Shown: positions 48,412 through 59,329 of the stretch, piece after piece
Position numbering within the stretch: position 1 is the first letter of the stretch
Layout: the number at the start of each line of letters is the position of its first letter
Source: Bacillota bacterium
GTDB taxonomy: Bacteria > Bacillota > Clostridia > Acetivibrionales > Acetivibrionaceae
Length of the DNA stretch: 64,000 bases
NCBI GenBank assembly: GCA_023421115.1
Contig: JAEZUI010000133.1
Coordinates: 16,315-80,314, forward strand
Direction: 5' to 3'
Made by a program: the position numbers and the translations under genes
The notes under the pieces: generated by a model
The model's database searches: none
Seen by the model: the letters and a program-made list of their open reading frames with translations, nothing else
What the model was told of the DNA's origin: nothing

Positions 48412-49668
48412 TTATGCTTTTTCTAAATCGTTGATACTTATCTCCCTAGAATGATGGGTGTGTTCCCAGTCTTTGTTGTTTTTTCTCAAAAAGCCTTGAA
48501 TAGTTATAGGCATCCAGGTCAAACAATAAAGTGGATATATTATAAAAGCAACCAGCACTTTAGGGGAAAATTTCTTTTCTGTAAGTATTATTATTGGCCC
48601 ATAGAAAAACTGCAGTGTCGCAAATATATACCATATACCAACAGGAAAAACATATTTTAAGTTGAAAAAAGGTGATTGAGGAAATACGGTTTGAACCCAC
48701 ATCATAATGGTTAGCAGACCTATAAAAATAAATCTTATAGGTTGAAACAAGTATATTGCATTATCAAAGGAGGTCAAATCGCTATCCTTAAAAGCCTTTT
48801 TAAAAAGCGGACCTAAGAAACGACTTGCACAATCTGCGTGTCCTTGCATCCATCGTATACGTTGATTCCAGGATTGCTTTAAAGTAAGAGGTTTTTCATC
48901 ATATACAATAGCATTATGTGCCCATCCTACCTTTAAGTCACTGAGGGCAAGTTTCATTGTAAATTCCAAGTCCTCTGTAAGACATGTAGCGCCCCAACCG
49001 ATCTGCTTCAAAATATCCACATCTACACAAAAGCCTGTTCCGCACAAACTACAGCTTAATCCAAGATTGTATCTTGGAAGCTGGAATATCCTGTTTGACA
49101 GCCAGAATGCAATTGAATAGGAGCAGGTTATCCATGAATCGTAGGGGTTTTTGCTGTCAATATAACCCTGAACTACTTTGTGTCCTTGACACAGTTTTGC
49201 GTTCATTTCCAGAAGATAGTTAGAAGTTACAAGATTATCTGCATCAAAAACACTTATTGCATCATATTTTTCCTCCATAGTGAATATTTTTGAAAACATC
49301 CACTCTAAAGCATGACCTTTACCACGCAGTTCATTATTAACTCTTGTATGCACCAATGCACCATGATCGGCAGCAATTTGAGCGGTGTTATCAGTGCAAT
49401 TGTCGGCTATTACAAAAACGTCATAAAGACCTTTAGGATAGTTTTGTTTAAAAAGGCTTTCAATTACATGAGCAATAACTTTTTCCTCATTATGGGCGGC
49501 AATAATTAAAGCAAATTTCTTTTCAGGAGCATAACTTTTTGACTCGGTATCCTTTCTCTTTATCCAGCCAAAAATGGAAATGCCAAAAAAGTAGCACCCT
49601 GCAATAAAAATTATCACCTGTATTAATTGTGTAGTATGGTATACCACATTATTCAGTAGTGATAACAT
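48412..49668 (-). CDS. Glycosyltransferase family 2, processive membrane type
   Basis: AHNEE, ADNCTD, FDADN, TEDLE, QRIRW. Confidence 0.93.
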   Translation of the reverse strand: MLSLLNNVVYHTTQLIQVIIFIAGCYFFGISIFGWIKRKDTESKSYAPEKKFALIIAAHNEEKVIAHVIESLFKQNYPKGLYDVFVIADNCTDNTAQIAADHGALVHTRVNNELRGKGHALEWMFSKIFTMEEKYDAISVFDADNLVTSNYLLEMNAKLCQGHKVVQGYIDSKNPYDSWITCSYSIAFWLSNRIFQLPRYNLGLSCSLCGTGFCVDVDILKQIGWGATCLTEDLEFTMKLALSDLKVGWAHNAIVYDEKPLTLKQSWNQRIRWMQGHADCASRFLGPLFKKAFKDSDLTSFDNAIYLFQPIRFIFIGLLTIMMWVQTVFPQSPFFNLKYVFPVGIWYIFATLQFFYGPIIILTEKKFSPKVLVAFIIYPLYCLTWMPITIQGFLRKNNKDWEHTHHSREISINDLEKA

Positions 49669-49988
49669 TTGATTCCTCCATATGAAATTTATATTTATAT
49701 ATTGAACACTAATTACATTTAGTCCTTCGTTTTATTTTGCGCTTAATAAGGAAAAATATTTATGATAAAAAAATAATAAAATATGTTATAATAATATAGA
49801 AAAATATGAAATTATTTAATATGCGTTGCAAACAGCTTTTAAAGATTTAATAACTGGACAAATTGTTTTGCTGCTTCTATAGAAAATCATTTTTTAAAAC
49901 TTTTGATATAAAGGTTTCTCTGTTTATTACAGAGGTTGTCATGCTTTTAAGATTGTTACAAAACTTTAAAACTACGGGGGTAGATTTG

Positions 49989-51923
49989 ATGACGAAGACC
50001 TACTATAACGACGCAGTAATTGGAAATTCACGTATGCTTGCATGCTTAAATAAAAAAGGTGAATTAGAAAGGTTGTTTTGGCCTCATATTGATTATCCTC
50101 AACACGTTGAGCGTTTTGTGTCCGGTATCTTTGATATGCGTCACAACAATAGTACATCGTGGTTTGGTGAAGACAATTGGCAAAGGGTTCAAGCCTATAT
50201 TGAAGATACCAACATACTCAAGACCAGTTTAACAGATAGTAACTGGGGGCTGCGTATTGACCAGCTCGATTTGGTCCTGCCCGATAGTGATATCTATATA
50301 AGGCAATATGAGATTGAAAATATAGGGACTCAAGATTTTGAATTGGGGTTTATTCAGTATTCGTCAATGATTACAACTACTCCTGATTTAAGGAGTACAC
50401 TTTTTGATTTTGATACCGATTCACTGATTCACTATAAGCATAATTATTACATCTCTATTTCTTCGGATATTGAAGCTTTTCAATTTCAGTTGGGCAATAA
50501 TGCGATTGATTCGGCAAGACATACCCAACTAAATGGTTTTGAAAATATCGGAATGATGAGAGATGGGGCTGTGTCATGGAAAATAGGTACTGTTAAACCC
50601 GGTGAAAAAAAGAGTTTTAACTTGTTTATCTGTGCTTCACATACACTAAAAGGTGTGAAAAAACTAAATAGAGAATGCAAGACTTTAAACATTAATGAAC
50701 AATATGAAAAAACCAAAAAGTATTGGCTGAAGTTTTTAAGTGAAGCTAAACAGTTAAGGACGGGTAAGGCTGCAGTTGATAACTTGTATAAAAGGTCGCT
50801 GCTGGTTTTCAAGCTTATGTCTGATGAACATACAGGTGGTCTTTTAGCTTCAGCGGAGATTGATGAAGGCTTTAGCAAATGTGGTAGGTATGCTTATTGC
50901 TGGGGAAGAGATGCCGCTTTTATTACTAGTGCTTTAGATGCCGCAGGACTTACAAAAGCGGTGGATAAGTTTTATAATTGGGCTGCCGACACTCAGGATG
51001 ATGATGGTTCATGGCACCAGAGATATTATATGGATGGCAATCTTGCTCCTTCATGGGGAATGCAGGTTGATGAAACCGGAACACTTATTTGGGGTGTATT
51101 AAAGCACTATGAGATTACAAAGGACAAGAGTTTCCTTGAAAACATGTGGAACACTGTAAAAAAGGGAATAGACTTTCTTGTGAATTTTATAGATGCCGAA
51201 ACGGGACTTCCAAAACCAAGCTATGACCTTTGGGAAGAACGGGTTGGAGAGCATACCTATTCGTGTGCAGCTGTATATGCCGGTATTAAGGCAGGAGTTC
51301 AAATAGCTGAAATATTAGCAGTTTCCAAGGAGACTGTTAAGGATTGGGATTTTATTGCCGAAGATATTAAAAAAGCAATGGAAACTATGCTTTGGAAGGA
51401 TGAGGCAGGTAGGTTTATCCGAAGTGTAAGGACAAAGCTTAATCCTTGGGGAAGTGAACATTCTCACCACACAACTGTAATTGAAGTGAATTCAAAAGGC
51501 TATCGAAGAGATGTTACTTTAGAAGATTGGACAATTGATGTAAGTTTGTTGGGTGTGTCAATCCCCTTTGAAGTATTTGATGCAAAAGATAGAAGAGTTG
51601 CAGCGACTGTTGAAGCTATTGAAAAAGCTCTTACAGCTCAACCTGCCGGTGGAATAAAAAGGTATGAAAATGATAATTATATTGGTGGAAATCCATGGGT
51701 GTTAACAACTCTTTGGGTTGCGCTTTATCATATTGAAGTGGGCAATTTGGAAAAGGCAAAAAGTTATTTAGAATGGGCTGCAAAGTCCAGTACCAAATTG
51801 GGCTTGTTACCGGAACAGGTTAATAGAGATACCGGTGAGCCTTGTTGGGTTATTCCTTTAACATGGTCTCATGCAATGTTTGTTTTGGTGTTAGCCAAAT
51901 TAATTGAAGCAGGTGCTTATTAA
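49989..51923 (+). CDS. Glycoside hydrolase family 15 (glucoamylase-like)
   Basis: YAYCWGRD, QVDETG, YDLWEE, LLPEQV, PLTWSHA; RBS GGGGG before 49986/49989. Confidence 0.92.
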   Translation: MTKTYYNDAVIGNSRMLACLNKKGELERLFWPHIDYPQHVERFVSGIFDMRHNNSTSWFGEDNWQRVQAYIEDTNILKTSLTDSNWGLRIDQLDLVLPDSDIYIRQYEIENIGTQDFELGFIQYSSMITTTPDLRSTLFDFDTDSLIHYKHNYYISISSDIEAFQFQLGNNAIDSARHTQLNGFENIGMMRDGAVSWKIGTVKPGEKKSFNLFICASHTLKGVKKLNRECKTLNINEQYEKTKKYWLKFLSEAKQLRTGKAAVDNLYKRSLLVFKLMSDEHTGGLLASAEIDEGFSKCGRYAYCWGRDAAFITSALDAAGLTKAVDKFYNWAADTQDDDGSWHQRYYMDGNLAPSWGMQVDETGTLIWGVLKHYEITKDKSFLENMWNTVKKGIDFLVNFIDAETGLPKPSYDLWEERVGEHTYSCAAVYAGIKAGVQIAEILAVSKETVKDWDFIAEDIKKAMETMLWKDEAGRFIRSVRTKLNPWGSEHSHHTTVIEVNSKGYRRDVTLEDWTIDVSLLGVSIPFEVFDAKDRRVAATVEAIEKALTAQPAGGIKRYENDNYIGGNPWVLTTLWVALYHIEVGNLEKAKSYLEWAAKSSTKLGLLPEQVNRDTGEPCWVIPLTWSHAMFVLVLAKLIEAGAY

Positions 51924-51942
51924 AGAGATAAGCATAATTAGA

Positions 51943-52000
51943 TAAGGTGGTTTCTAAAAATAACTGGTCACTTTGCTGTTTTAAAAAAGTATGATTTTAT
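51943..52000. repeat. Degenerate left-end copy of MITE-like repeat
   Basis: taaggtggtttctaaaaataactggtca...gctgttttaaaaaag..tgatttta aligns with the 4500 and 59167 copies. Confidence 0.55.
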
Positions 52001-52055
52001 TGGGATGATGCTATAAATATTGGCCAATTAATAAGAAACCTAATGGGAGAAATAA

Positions 52056-53420
52056 ATGCCTAAACAAAAATCAGTTTTTGTATGTCAGGATTGTGGATAT
52101 GAAAGCAACGGGTGGCTTGGGAAGTGCCCGGCATGTAATAACTGGAACACTTTTACCGAGGAAGTTCAGGATACATCTGCAAGCTCAAAAAAGAAAAATG
52201 TACTGTTTGACGTAAAGCCTGTTAATATCAATGATATTGAAATAGACAGTGAAGAGCGCTATTTGACGGGTATTAAGGAGATGGACCGCGTATTAGGAGG
52301 CGGTATTGTGAAGGGCTCGCTTGTACTCGTGGGTGGTGACCCGGGGATTGGAAAGTCTACACTTATACTGCAAATTTGTGATACTGTTAGAATTGATTCC
52401 AAAATAATATATATATCCGGAGAAGAATCTATAAAGCAAATCAAAATCCGTGCCGATAGATTAGGTGTAAGGAATCCTAATCTGTTAATGGTCTCAGAAA
52501 CAAACTTTAAAGCTATTCAAGTTATAAGTGAGAGGGAGAACCCTGCTCTTATAATTGTTGACTCCATACAAACCATGTTTAACGAGGAACTTTCCTCTGC
52601 ACCGGGTAGTGTAAGTCAGGTTAGGGAGATAACGGCAGGTCTTATGCGGATTGCAAAAAGCAGTAATACAGCGATTTTTATTGTAGGACATGTGACGAAG
52701 GAAGGGGCTTTGGCTGGACCAAGGGTTTTAGAGCACATGGTTGACACCGTTTTATATTTTGAAGGAGAACGGCACTTGAGCTATAGAATATTGAGAGCTG
52801 TCAAGAATAGATTTGGGTCAACCAATGAAATTGGCATATTTGAAATGAAGGATGTAGGACTTATTGAGGTGGAAAATCCCTCAATGCTGATGATCTCAGA
52901 TAGAAAAGAGAGCGTTCCGGGGTCGGTTATTGTGTCAAGCCTTGAGGGCACAAGACCAATGCTAATAGAGATTCAAGCTCTTGTGTGCCCTACCAATTTC
53001 GGAATGCCGCGCAGAATGGCAACAGGGATTGATTACAATAGAATAACTTTACTAATGGCTGTATTAGAAAAGCGAGTAGGTATGCAGCTTCATAACTATG
53101 ATGCTTATGTAAATGTGGTTGGAGGCTTAAAAATAGATGAACCTGCATGTGACTTAGGTGTTGTAGCAGCAATAGCTTCTAGCTTTCGAAATAAGCCGGT
53201 AGATATGAGTACTGTGCTTATAGGCGAAGTGGGTTTGACAGGCGAGGTCAGGGCAATAAACCAAATAGAAAAGAGAGCTATTGAAGCTGCAAGAATGGGT
53301 TTTAAAAGCTGTGTTGTTCCTGCGGGAAATATTAAGGCAATAAAACAAGTTAAGGAGTTAAAAGAAATAAATATAAAACCTGTGGAAAATGTTGTGGAAG
53401 CTTTAGGTATTCTTTTGTAG
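52056..53420 (+). CDS. radA: DNA repair protein RadA/Sms
   Basis: CQDC/CPAC Zn finger, GDPGIGKST, KNRFG, Lon-like C-terminus. Confidence 0.97.
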   Translation: MPKQKSVFVCQDCGYESNGWLGKCPACNNWNTFTEEVQDTSASSKKKNVLFDVKPVNINDIEIDSEERYLTGIKEMDRVLGGGIVKGSLVLVGGDPGIGKSTLILQICDTVRIDSKIIYISGEESIKQIKIRADRLGVRNPNLLMVSETNFKAIQVISERENPALIIVDSIQTMFNEELSSAPGSVSQVREITAGLMRIAKSSNTAIFIVGHVTKEGALAGPRVLEHMVDTVLYFEGERHLSYRILRAVKNRFGSTNEIGIFEMKDVGLIEVENPSMLMISDRKESVPGSVIVSSLEGTRPMLIEIQALVCPTNFGMPRRMATGIDYNRITLLMAVLEKRVGMQLHNYDAYVNVVGGLKIDEPACDLGVVAAIASSFRNKPVDMSTVLIGEVGLTGEVRAINQIEKRAIEAARMGFKSCVVPAGNIKAIKQVKELKEINIKPVENVVEALGILL

Positions 53421-53476
53421 TACTTCTGTACCAACTATCATCAATGCCATAGTATGGCTTTATGGAGGGTCTGTTA

Positions 53477-54559
53477 ATGGGCAAAGATAAAAATAATGAT
53501 TTGGAATTTCTTGAAGTGTTGCGTATGGTTGCTCCAGGAACACCCCTTAGGGAAGGCTTGGAAAGTATTTTGAAAGCAAGAACCGGAGCGCTTATAGTTG
53601 TTGGAGATTCTCAAGAGATATTGAAGCTTGTGGATGGAGGATTCTTTATAAATAAAGAGTACTCACAGGCTTATCTTTATGAATTGGCCAAAATGGACGG
53701 AGCAATAGTATTGAGTAAAGATCTCAAGAAGATACTTTACGCAAATGCCATGCTTATACAGGATACTTCAATTTATACTGATGAAACGGGTACAAGACAC
53801 AAAACTGCAAATAGGGTATCAAAGCAAACTGGAGAAATTGTAATAAGTATTTCGCAGAGAAGAAATATTATTACTCTATATAAGGGAGCTAGAAAATATA
53901 TTATTAAAGAGACCTCTGCAATTTTGACGAAGGCTAATCAAGCTTTGCAGACAATGGAAAAGTACAGAAATGTTTTGGATAGCGCTGTGAATAACCTAAG
54001 TGTATTGGAATTTGAGGATATAGTTACTCTAGATGATGTGGCTTTTGTAATTCAGAGAATAGAGATGGTTATGAGGGTTGCAGTAGAGATGGAGAAATAC
54101 ACATGTGAACTTGGAAATGAGGCCAGACTTTTAACTATGCAGCTAGATGAACTTTTGGCAAATGTAGAGGGTGATGAAATTCTTATCATTGAAGATTACA
54201 TGGAGCAATATGCCAACAGTACGTCTGAGCAAATGCAAGAAAACTTAAGACGACTTTCTTTTGATGAACTTATGGAAATATCAAACATATGTAAGATCTT
54301 AGGCTTTGACCCAGGAGCAAATGCATTTGATACGGCGATCTTTCCACGAGGTTACCGACTGCTTAGCAAAATTCCAAGAGTACCTCTGGCGGTTATAAAG
54401 AATTTGGTGGACAGATTTCTTAACTTCCAAGGTATTATAAATGCTACAATTGACGAACTTGATGAAGTTGAAGGGATTGGAGAGGTAAGAGCAAGAATGA
54501 TAAAAGAAGGCCTAAGAAGGGTACAGGAGCAACTTTTCTTAGATGCACGAAGGATCTGA
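53477..54559 (+). CDS. disA: DNA integrity scanning diadenylate cyclase DisA
   Basis: VAPGTPLREG, KMDGA, GTRHKTA, C-terminal HhH VEGIG; follows radA; RBS GGAGGG. Confidence 0.96.
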   Translation: MGKDKNNDLEFLEVLRMVAPGTPLREGLESILKARTGALIVVGDSQEILKLVDGGFFINKEYSQAYLYELAKMDGAIVLSKDLKKILYANAMLIQDTSIYTDETGTRHKTANRVSKQTGEIVISISQRRNIITLYKGARKYIIKETSAILTKANQALQTMEKYRNVLDSAVNNLSVLEFEDIVTLDDVAFVIQRIEMVMRVAVEMEKYTCELGNEARLLTMQLDELLANVEGDEILIIEDYMEQYANSTSEQMQENLRRLSFDELMEISNICKILGFDPGANAFDTAIFPRGYRLLSKIPRVPLAVIKNLVDRFLNFQGIINATIDELDEVEGIGEVRARMIKEGLRRVQEQLFLDARRI

Positions 54560-54598
54560 TACATTATAAAAATATAAAAAAGTTTTCTACAAGAATAC

Positions 54599-54633
54599 AA
54601 AAACAAGAGGTTGAAATCTAACCTCTTGTTTTT
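54599..54633. terminator. Bidirectional terminator
   Basis: aaaaacaagaggtt-gaaatct-aacctcttgttttt. Confidence 0.85.
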
Positions 54634-55027
54634 ATCTTAAATTGTATTTTCCGAGCATTTTAATTCTATCAAGTTCTTTCAAAATTATGTCATATAGATT
54701 AAGATCTAGAGTATTACATATTGAAGCTAGATAAAAGAGATTTCTTCCAATATCCTTTTCAATAAGATCTCTACAGTTGTCGCAAAGCTTTCCTTCTAGA
54801 TGAGTTTTCATATTATTCCGGATTTCGTCAAAGTTGTAATCAACGGGCAGAGCCTGTTTCTTTGCATTAATCTTAACGCAACCACACTGGGTAACAGACT
54901 TAATAATCCCACGGTTTACACGTCCGTTTGAATCCTGAAATTTTGTTATTTGATCTAGAATGCTTTTGTTTCTTACAAGAAGTTCAGCTACAGTGTATTG
55001 GAATTGATCTACCATAATGTCATTCAA
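54632..55027 (-). CDS. Conserved hypothetical protein, Cys motifs + MazG-like C-terminal helices
   Basis: CGC, CDNC, EKDIGRNLFYLASICN; RBS AAGGAG; TTGACA-18-TATAAT promoter at 55089-55118. Confidence 0.75.
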   Translation of the reverse strand: MNDIMVDQFQYTVAELLVRNKSILDQITKFQDSNGRVNRGIIKSVTQCGCVKINAKKQALPVDYNFDEIRNNMKTHLEGKLCDNCRDLIEKDIGRNLFYLASICNTLDLNLYDIILKELDRIKMLGKYNLR

Positions 55028-55222
55028 TATGGTTCACTCCTTAGATGTATTCATTAATATAAAAATCAGAAGTTCTTTTGACATTACTATTATAATTGTA
55101 AAAATGGGGCTTTGTCAATTAAAAATACAATGGATAAACATGGTAGAAAAGTCGATGATTCCATACAGGATAGGCTCAACGTGTTTTTTTCACATAAGAA
55201 ATTTTAAAAGTAAAAATTACTA

Positions 55223-55288
55223 TTGACATAAACATAGGCGCATGCTAGAATAAAAATTTTTGACTTTGTATTTTTCTTGTAGTATACT
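55223..55288 (+). promoter_or_regulatory. Tandem sigmaA promoters upstream of carD
   Basis: TTGACA-17-TAGAAT and TTGACT-17-TATACT. Confidence 0.6.
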
Positions 55289-55720
55289 TAATATGTAGGA
55301 ATTAGTTGGGATATTTCGCAGTTTTCATAAATATCTAATTAGCAAATTTTACAAAAAAGAATTTAAAGATTTAAGAAATTATTCTTTTGCTTTGTTGAGC
55401 TTTTAGTTTAATCCTTTTTATAAGGAGATGTAGGAGTCAAGTTTGAAGAGGGTTAGGAACTAAAGCTTTTATGCAGTTATTCGTTGTTTTATTTTTGTTA
55501 AGTTTATGTACAAACATTAAGTTACTTGTTCATATTTTGACAATTTGCCACCTGTGAAATAGAATTGCTGGAATAAAGATTCACTGGTTTTGAAGCTTTA
55601 TGGAAGTAACCTAATTAACGGTTCGAAAATTTATTGTTTTGATATTTAATAGAAATATAGAAGTTGAAACTCATACAAAGATAAAAGGGTTCGTGTTATT
55701 TGTTTATGGGAGGAGAGAAT

Positions 55721-56200
55721 ATGTATAATGTAGGTGATAGGATTGTTTATCCCATGCATGGGGCTGGAATAATAGAGTCTATTGAAGAAAAGGAAATACT
55801 CGGCAACAAACAAAGCTATTATGTCGTTAGGATACCAGTCGGGGATATGAAGGTTATGATTCCCACAGAGAATGTTAAAGGTATAGGCATAAGGGATGTA
55901 ATTAGTGAAAAGGATGCGGACAAGGTATTTTCGGTGCTTGGAAATGATAGAAGCAATTCAACGAGTAATTGGAACAAACGTTACCGGGAGAATATGGTGA
56001 AAATTAAGAGTGGAAATATATATGAGGTGGCTGATGTTGTAAGGTCTTTAATGTTGAGAGAAAAGGAAAAAGGGTTGTCCACCGGAGAGAGAAAAATGCT
56101 TAATAGTGCGAAGCAGATACTTGTAAGTGAATTGGTGTTGGCAAAGAATATGAATGCCATAGAGATTGAAAAAATAATAGGCAATTTTTTGAGCACTTAA
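55721..56200 (+). CDS. carD: CarD family transcriptional regulator
   Basis: GDRIVYPMHGAG, NWNKRYR, LSTGERKML; RBS GGGAGG. Confidence 0.93.
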   Translation: MYNVGDRIVYPMHGAGIIESIEEKEILGNKQSYYVVRIPVGDMKVMIPTENVKGIGIRDVISEKDADKVFSVLGNDRSNSTSNWNKRYRENMVKIKSGNIYEVADVVRSLMLREKEKGLSTGERKMLNSAKQILVSELVLAKNMNAIEIEKIIGNFLST

Positions 56201-56497
56201 GATTTTGGACATATTCTAGAGAAATAAGTTACGTATATTTAATAATAAAAAGGGTTTTCAAGGACAAGTTTAATATTTACGATAATATATCAAGGAAATT
56301 CAAGCACACTGAAAAGTTTTATCGCGTTCAATATAGAAAACAAAATAATAAGCAAGAAATAATCAAGTAATAATCATATGTATCTATGGTATAAAGCCAT
56401 GGATATTTTTATTGTATTTTCTGGGCTAATTCAAATATTTACATTTTATTTAGTTTCTTTTATTATGGTAATATCTTTTTCTATTGGAGTGTTGTAT

Positions 56498-57202
56498 ATG
56501 AAGAGTGAAAACAAATCCTATGTCAGCTTGGTTATTGTTGCTGCAGGTAAGGGAACTAGAATGAATATGGATGTTAATAAGCAGTACATTAATGTAGGTG
56601 GAATTCCTATATTGGCAAGAACTTTGAAAATATTTGATTCTTTGAATTACATAGACGAGATTATTTTAGTGGTACATTCTGACGATATTCTATATTGCAG
56701 GGAAAACATTATTCATGGACGCAACTATATGAAAATAAAGAGTGTTGTGACCGGAGGGGCAACAAGGCAGGATTCTGTTTTTAACGGACTGAAGGAAGTT
56801 GCAGAAAAAGCGGATATAGTTTTGATACATGACGGTGCAAGACCCTTTATTGATGAGGATAGTATTATTCGTTGTATAGAGGCTGTAGAACAATATGGTG
56901 TGGCTACTGTCGCTGTGCCGGTTAAGGATACGGTAAAATCTTCAGATAGTGAGGGTTTTGTTAATTCAACTTTAGACAGAAGTGTATTATGGTCTATTCA
57001 GACGCCACAAGCTTTCAAATACAACATAATTATGGATTCTCACAAACAGGCCCAACACGAGGGCTTTGTTGGAACCGATGATACAGTTCTTGCAGAAAGG
57101 TTGGGCAATAAAACAAAGCTTGTTATGGGGACTTACAACAATATTAAAATAACTACGAGAGAAGATTTGATCTTTGCAGAAGCTATTGTAAAATCAAGTT
57201 AG
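56498..57202 (+). CDS. ispD: 2-C-methyl-D-erythritol 4-phosphate cytidylyltransferase
   Basis: AAGKGTRM, GGATRQDSV, HDGARP, QTPQ, NIKITT; RBS GGAG before ATG 56498. Confidence 0.95.
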   Translation: MKSENKSYVSLVIVAAGKGTRMNMDVNKQYINVGGIPILARTLKIFDSLNYIDEIILVVHSDDILYCRENIIHGRNYMKIKSVVTGGATRQDSVFNGLKEVAEKADIVLIHDGARPFIDEDSIIRCIEAVEQYGVATVAVPVKDTVKSSDSEGFVNSTLDRSVLWSIQTPQAFKYNIIMDSHKQAQHEGFVGTDDTVLAERLGNKTKLVMGTYNNIKITTREDLIFAEAIVKSS

Positions 57203-57230
57203 ATGAACTTTGAGAGGATGTGTTGCAGAA

Positions 57231-57962
57231 TTGATAAGGGTTGAAAATATAACGAAGCAATTCGGTACTTTTACTGCTGTTAAAAAATTAAGTTTTGAAG
57301 TTGAAAAAGGTGAAATCTTTGGATTGTTAGGTGAGAATGGAGCAGGTAAAACTACTACCTTGAGAATGCTTGCAACCATGTTAAAACCGACAAATGGAAC
57401 TGCAATAATGGCGGGTTTTGATATTATTAAAGAGCCGGAAAAAGTCAGGTCAAAGATAGGAATTCTTTTTGGAGGAGAGACAGGTCTTTATGATAGATTG
57501 TCTTGTGAAGAGAATATAGCCTATTTTGGGCAGCTCAATGATATGAGCAGAGATAAAATTGAGGACAGAGTGAAGACTATGGCTAAAGTTTTTGGTATGG
57601 AAGAGTATATTAAAAGAAGAGCAGGTAAATTGTCTAAGGGGATGAAGCAGAAAGTTGCCTTTGCAAGAGCAATTATTCATGATCCCGACATAATGCTTTT
57701 TGACGAGCCAACTTCAGGTCTTGATGTAAGTGCAATTAGGGATGTACATGAGTTTATCAGAACATGTAAAAAGGATGGAAAGACTATAGTGTTCTCAAGC
57801 CACACTATGAGTGAAGTGGAAAAGCTTTGTGACAGGATAGCTATTATAAACAAAGGAGAACTTGTGGAAAAAGGAAAGATCGAAGACCTAAAGAACAAAT
57901 ACAGTTGTGATAATCTTGAAGACATATTTATTCGATTGGTAGGTGGCAAAAGTGAATTTTAG
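57231..57962 (+). CDS. ABC transporter ATP-binding protein (NatA-like Na+ efflux type)
   Basis: GENGAGKTT, LSKGMKQK, FDEPT, SSH; start TTG 57231 or 57210. Confidence 0.9.
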   Translation: MIRVENITKQFGTFTAVKKLSFEVEKGEIFGLLGENGAGKTTTLRMLATMLKPTNGTAIMAGFDIIKEPEKVRSKIGILFGGETGLYDRLSCEENIAYFGQLNDMSRDKIEDRVKTMAKVFGMEEYIKRRAGKLSKGMKQKVAFARAIIHDPDIMLFDEPTSGLDVSAIRDVHEFIRTCKKDGKTIVFSSHTMSEVEKLCDRIAIINKGELVEKGKIEDLKNKYSCDNLEDIFIRLVGGKSEF

Positions 57963-59166
57963 GCATGTATGGATTGTATTTTCTAAAGAAGTAAAGGATA
58001 TAGTAAGAGATAAAAAAACTATAATTACAAGTATTGTGGTTCCTATGGTTATAATTCCTCTTTTAAGCATGTTAGCAGGCGGAAGTGTCCAAAATATGCA
58101 AAATGATATTGAGCAGAATGTTACAATAGGCTTGACACAAAAGTCTAATACGGCAGAGATACGAGAACTTATAAAAAGAGATATAATAGCCGATTTCCCA
58201 AATATAAATCTTATAGATGTTGAAGACCCAATTGAGGCAATTACCAATTCAACAGTTCGTATAGTTCTTGGGGTTGAAGAGAATTATAAAGAGAAGTTAG
58301 AACAGGGAAATCCTTTTGTTATTGAGATTATATATGACAAGTCCCAGACAAAATCGGAGGGAAGCATACGCATCGTTTCCAATGCAATTAATGAGTTTAA
58401 CAAAAAAGTTGTTACTCAAAGACTTGGGAAATTGGGAATAGATGACAAAATTCTCAAACCTGTTCAGATTGAGGAGACTAATATCGCTAATGATGAAAAG
58501 ACTGGTTTAAGTATGTTAGCTATGATTCTCCCTGTTATGATAGTAATTCTTATATCTGCGGGGGGGACTGCACCTGCTACTGATTTGGTCGCTGGCGAAA
58601 AAGAAAGAAATACTTTTGAACCGCTGCTTACAACTAAGACAGGGAGATCCTCACTGTTGATAGGTAAATATTTAACTGTGACTCTTTTTTCATTTGTTTC
58701 AGCAATAGCTTCCATATTCGGTATGTTTTTAGGATATATTATAGACCCTAAATCAATCACAATGGGAACAGGCACACAGCTTTCGGGATTTAGTATTCCG
58801 GGTGCTGCTATTTTAATGATCTTAATAATTTCTGTATTAATGGGAATGACCTTCGCGGGAATTCAAATTGCATTGAGTACCTATGCAAAATCTTTCCGGG
58901 AAGCACAGACTTATTTATCGTTCCTTATAATAGTTGCGATGATTCCAGGGTATGCAACCATTTTAATGCCGCCCAATGAAATGCCGTTGTATATGTTTGT
59001 AGTTCCTATACTTAACACTATATCTGCATTTAAGATAGTGCTAGGATTGAATATCAATTATACTTACCTTACAATAGCACTTGCTTCATCGGTGGTGTAT
59101 GTTGCTATTTCGTTAAAAATAGCAGTGTCTCTTTTTAAAAGGGAGAAAGTACTCTTTAGAAGTTAG
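57952..59166 (+). CDS. ABC-2 type permease (NatB-like)
   Basis: KE..DIVRD, AGEKERNTFEPLL, AKSFREAQ; GTG start overlaps ATPase end. Confidence 0.88.
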   Translation: MNFRHVWIVFSKEVKDIVRDKKTIITSIVVPMVIIPLLSMLAGGSVQNMQNDIEQNVTIGLTQKSNTAEIRELIKRDIIADFPNINLIDVEDPIEAITNSTVRIVLGVEENYKEKLEQGNPFVIEIIYDKSQTKSEGSIRIVSNAINEFNKKVVTQRLGKLGIDDKILKPVQIEETNIANDEKTGLSMLAMILPVMIVILISAGGTAPATDLVAGEKERNTFEPLLTTKTGRSSLLIGKYLTVTLFSFVSAIASIFGMFLGYIIDPKSITMGTGTQLSGFSIPGAAILMILIISVLMGMTFAGIQIALSTYAKSFREAQTYLSFLIIVAMIPGYATILMPPNEMPLYMFVVPILNTISAFKIVLGLNINYTYLTIALASSVVYVAISLKIAVSLFKREKVLFRS

Positions 59167-59329
59167 TAAGGTGATTCCAAAAAAATAACTAGTCAATAGC
59201 CATTTCAAAAAACCTGATTTACATTTTTTTGTACTGCAAAATAATGTTCCTATGTTTGGAAGCTTTTAAGCTTCCTTGAGGGGCTTTATGACTTGAATAT
59301 TGTATAGGTTATTTTTTGAAATGGCCTAA
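59167..59329. repeat. Full-length MITE-like repeat copy
   Basis: Left end near-identical to the 4500 copy; perfect IR gccatttcaaaaaa (59199-59212) / ttttttgaaatggc (59312-59325); an extra right end lies at 59489-59509. Confidence 0.65.

Noticed and set aside
49863..49988. N-terminal extensions given by the ORF track for GH15 (also ispD, carD, disA, HlyD, GyrI-like, YgjP-like, first kinase)
   Set aside because: Better RBS-associated starts lie downstream and the extensions are not protein-like
1941..52000. MITE-like ends after clpC and before radA as borders of one 50-kb composite transposon
   Set aside because: The ends face outward (right end on the left, left end on the right), other copies are scattered, and no transposase or target duplication was seen
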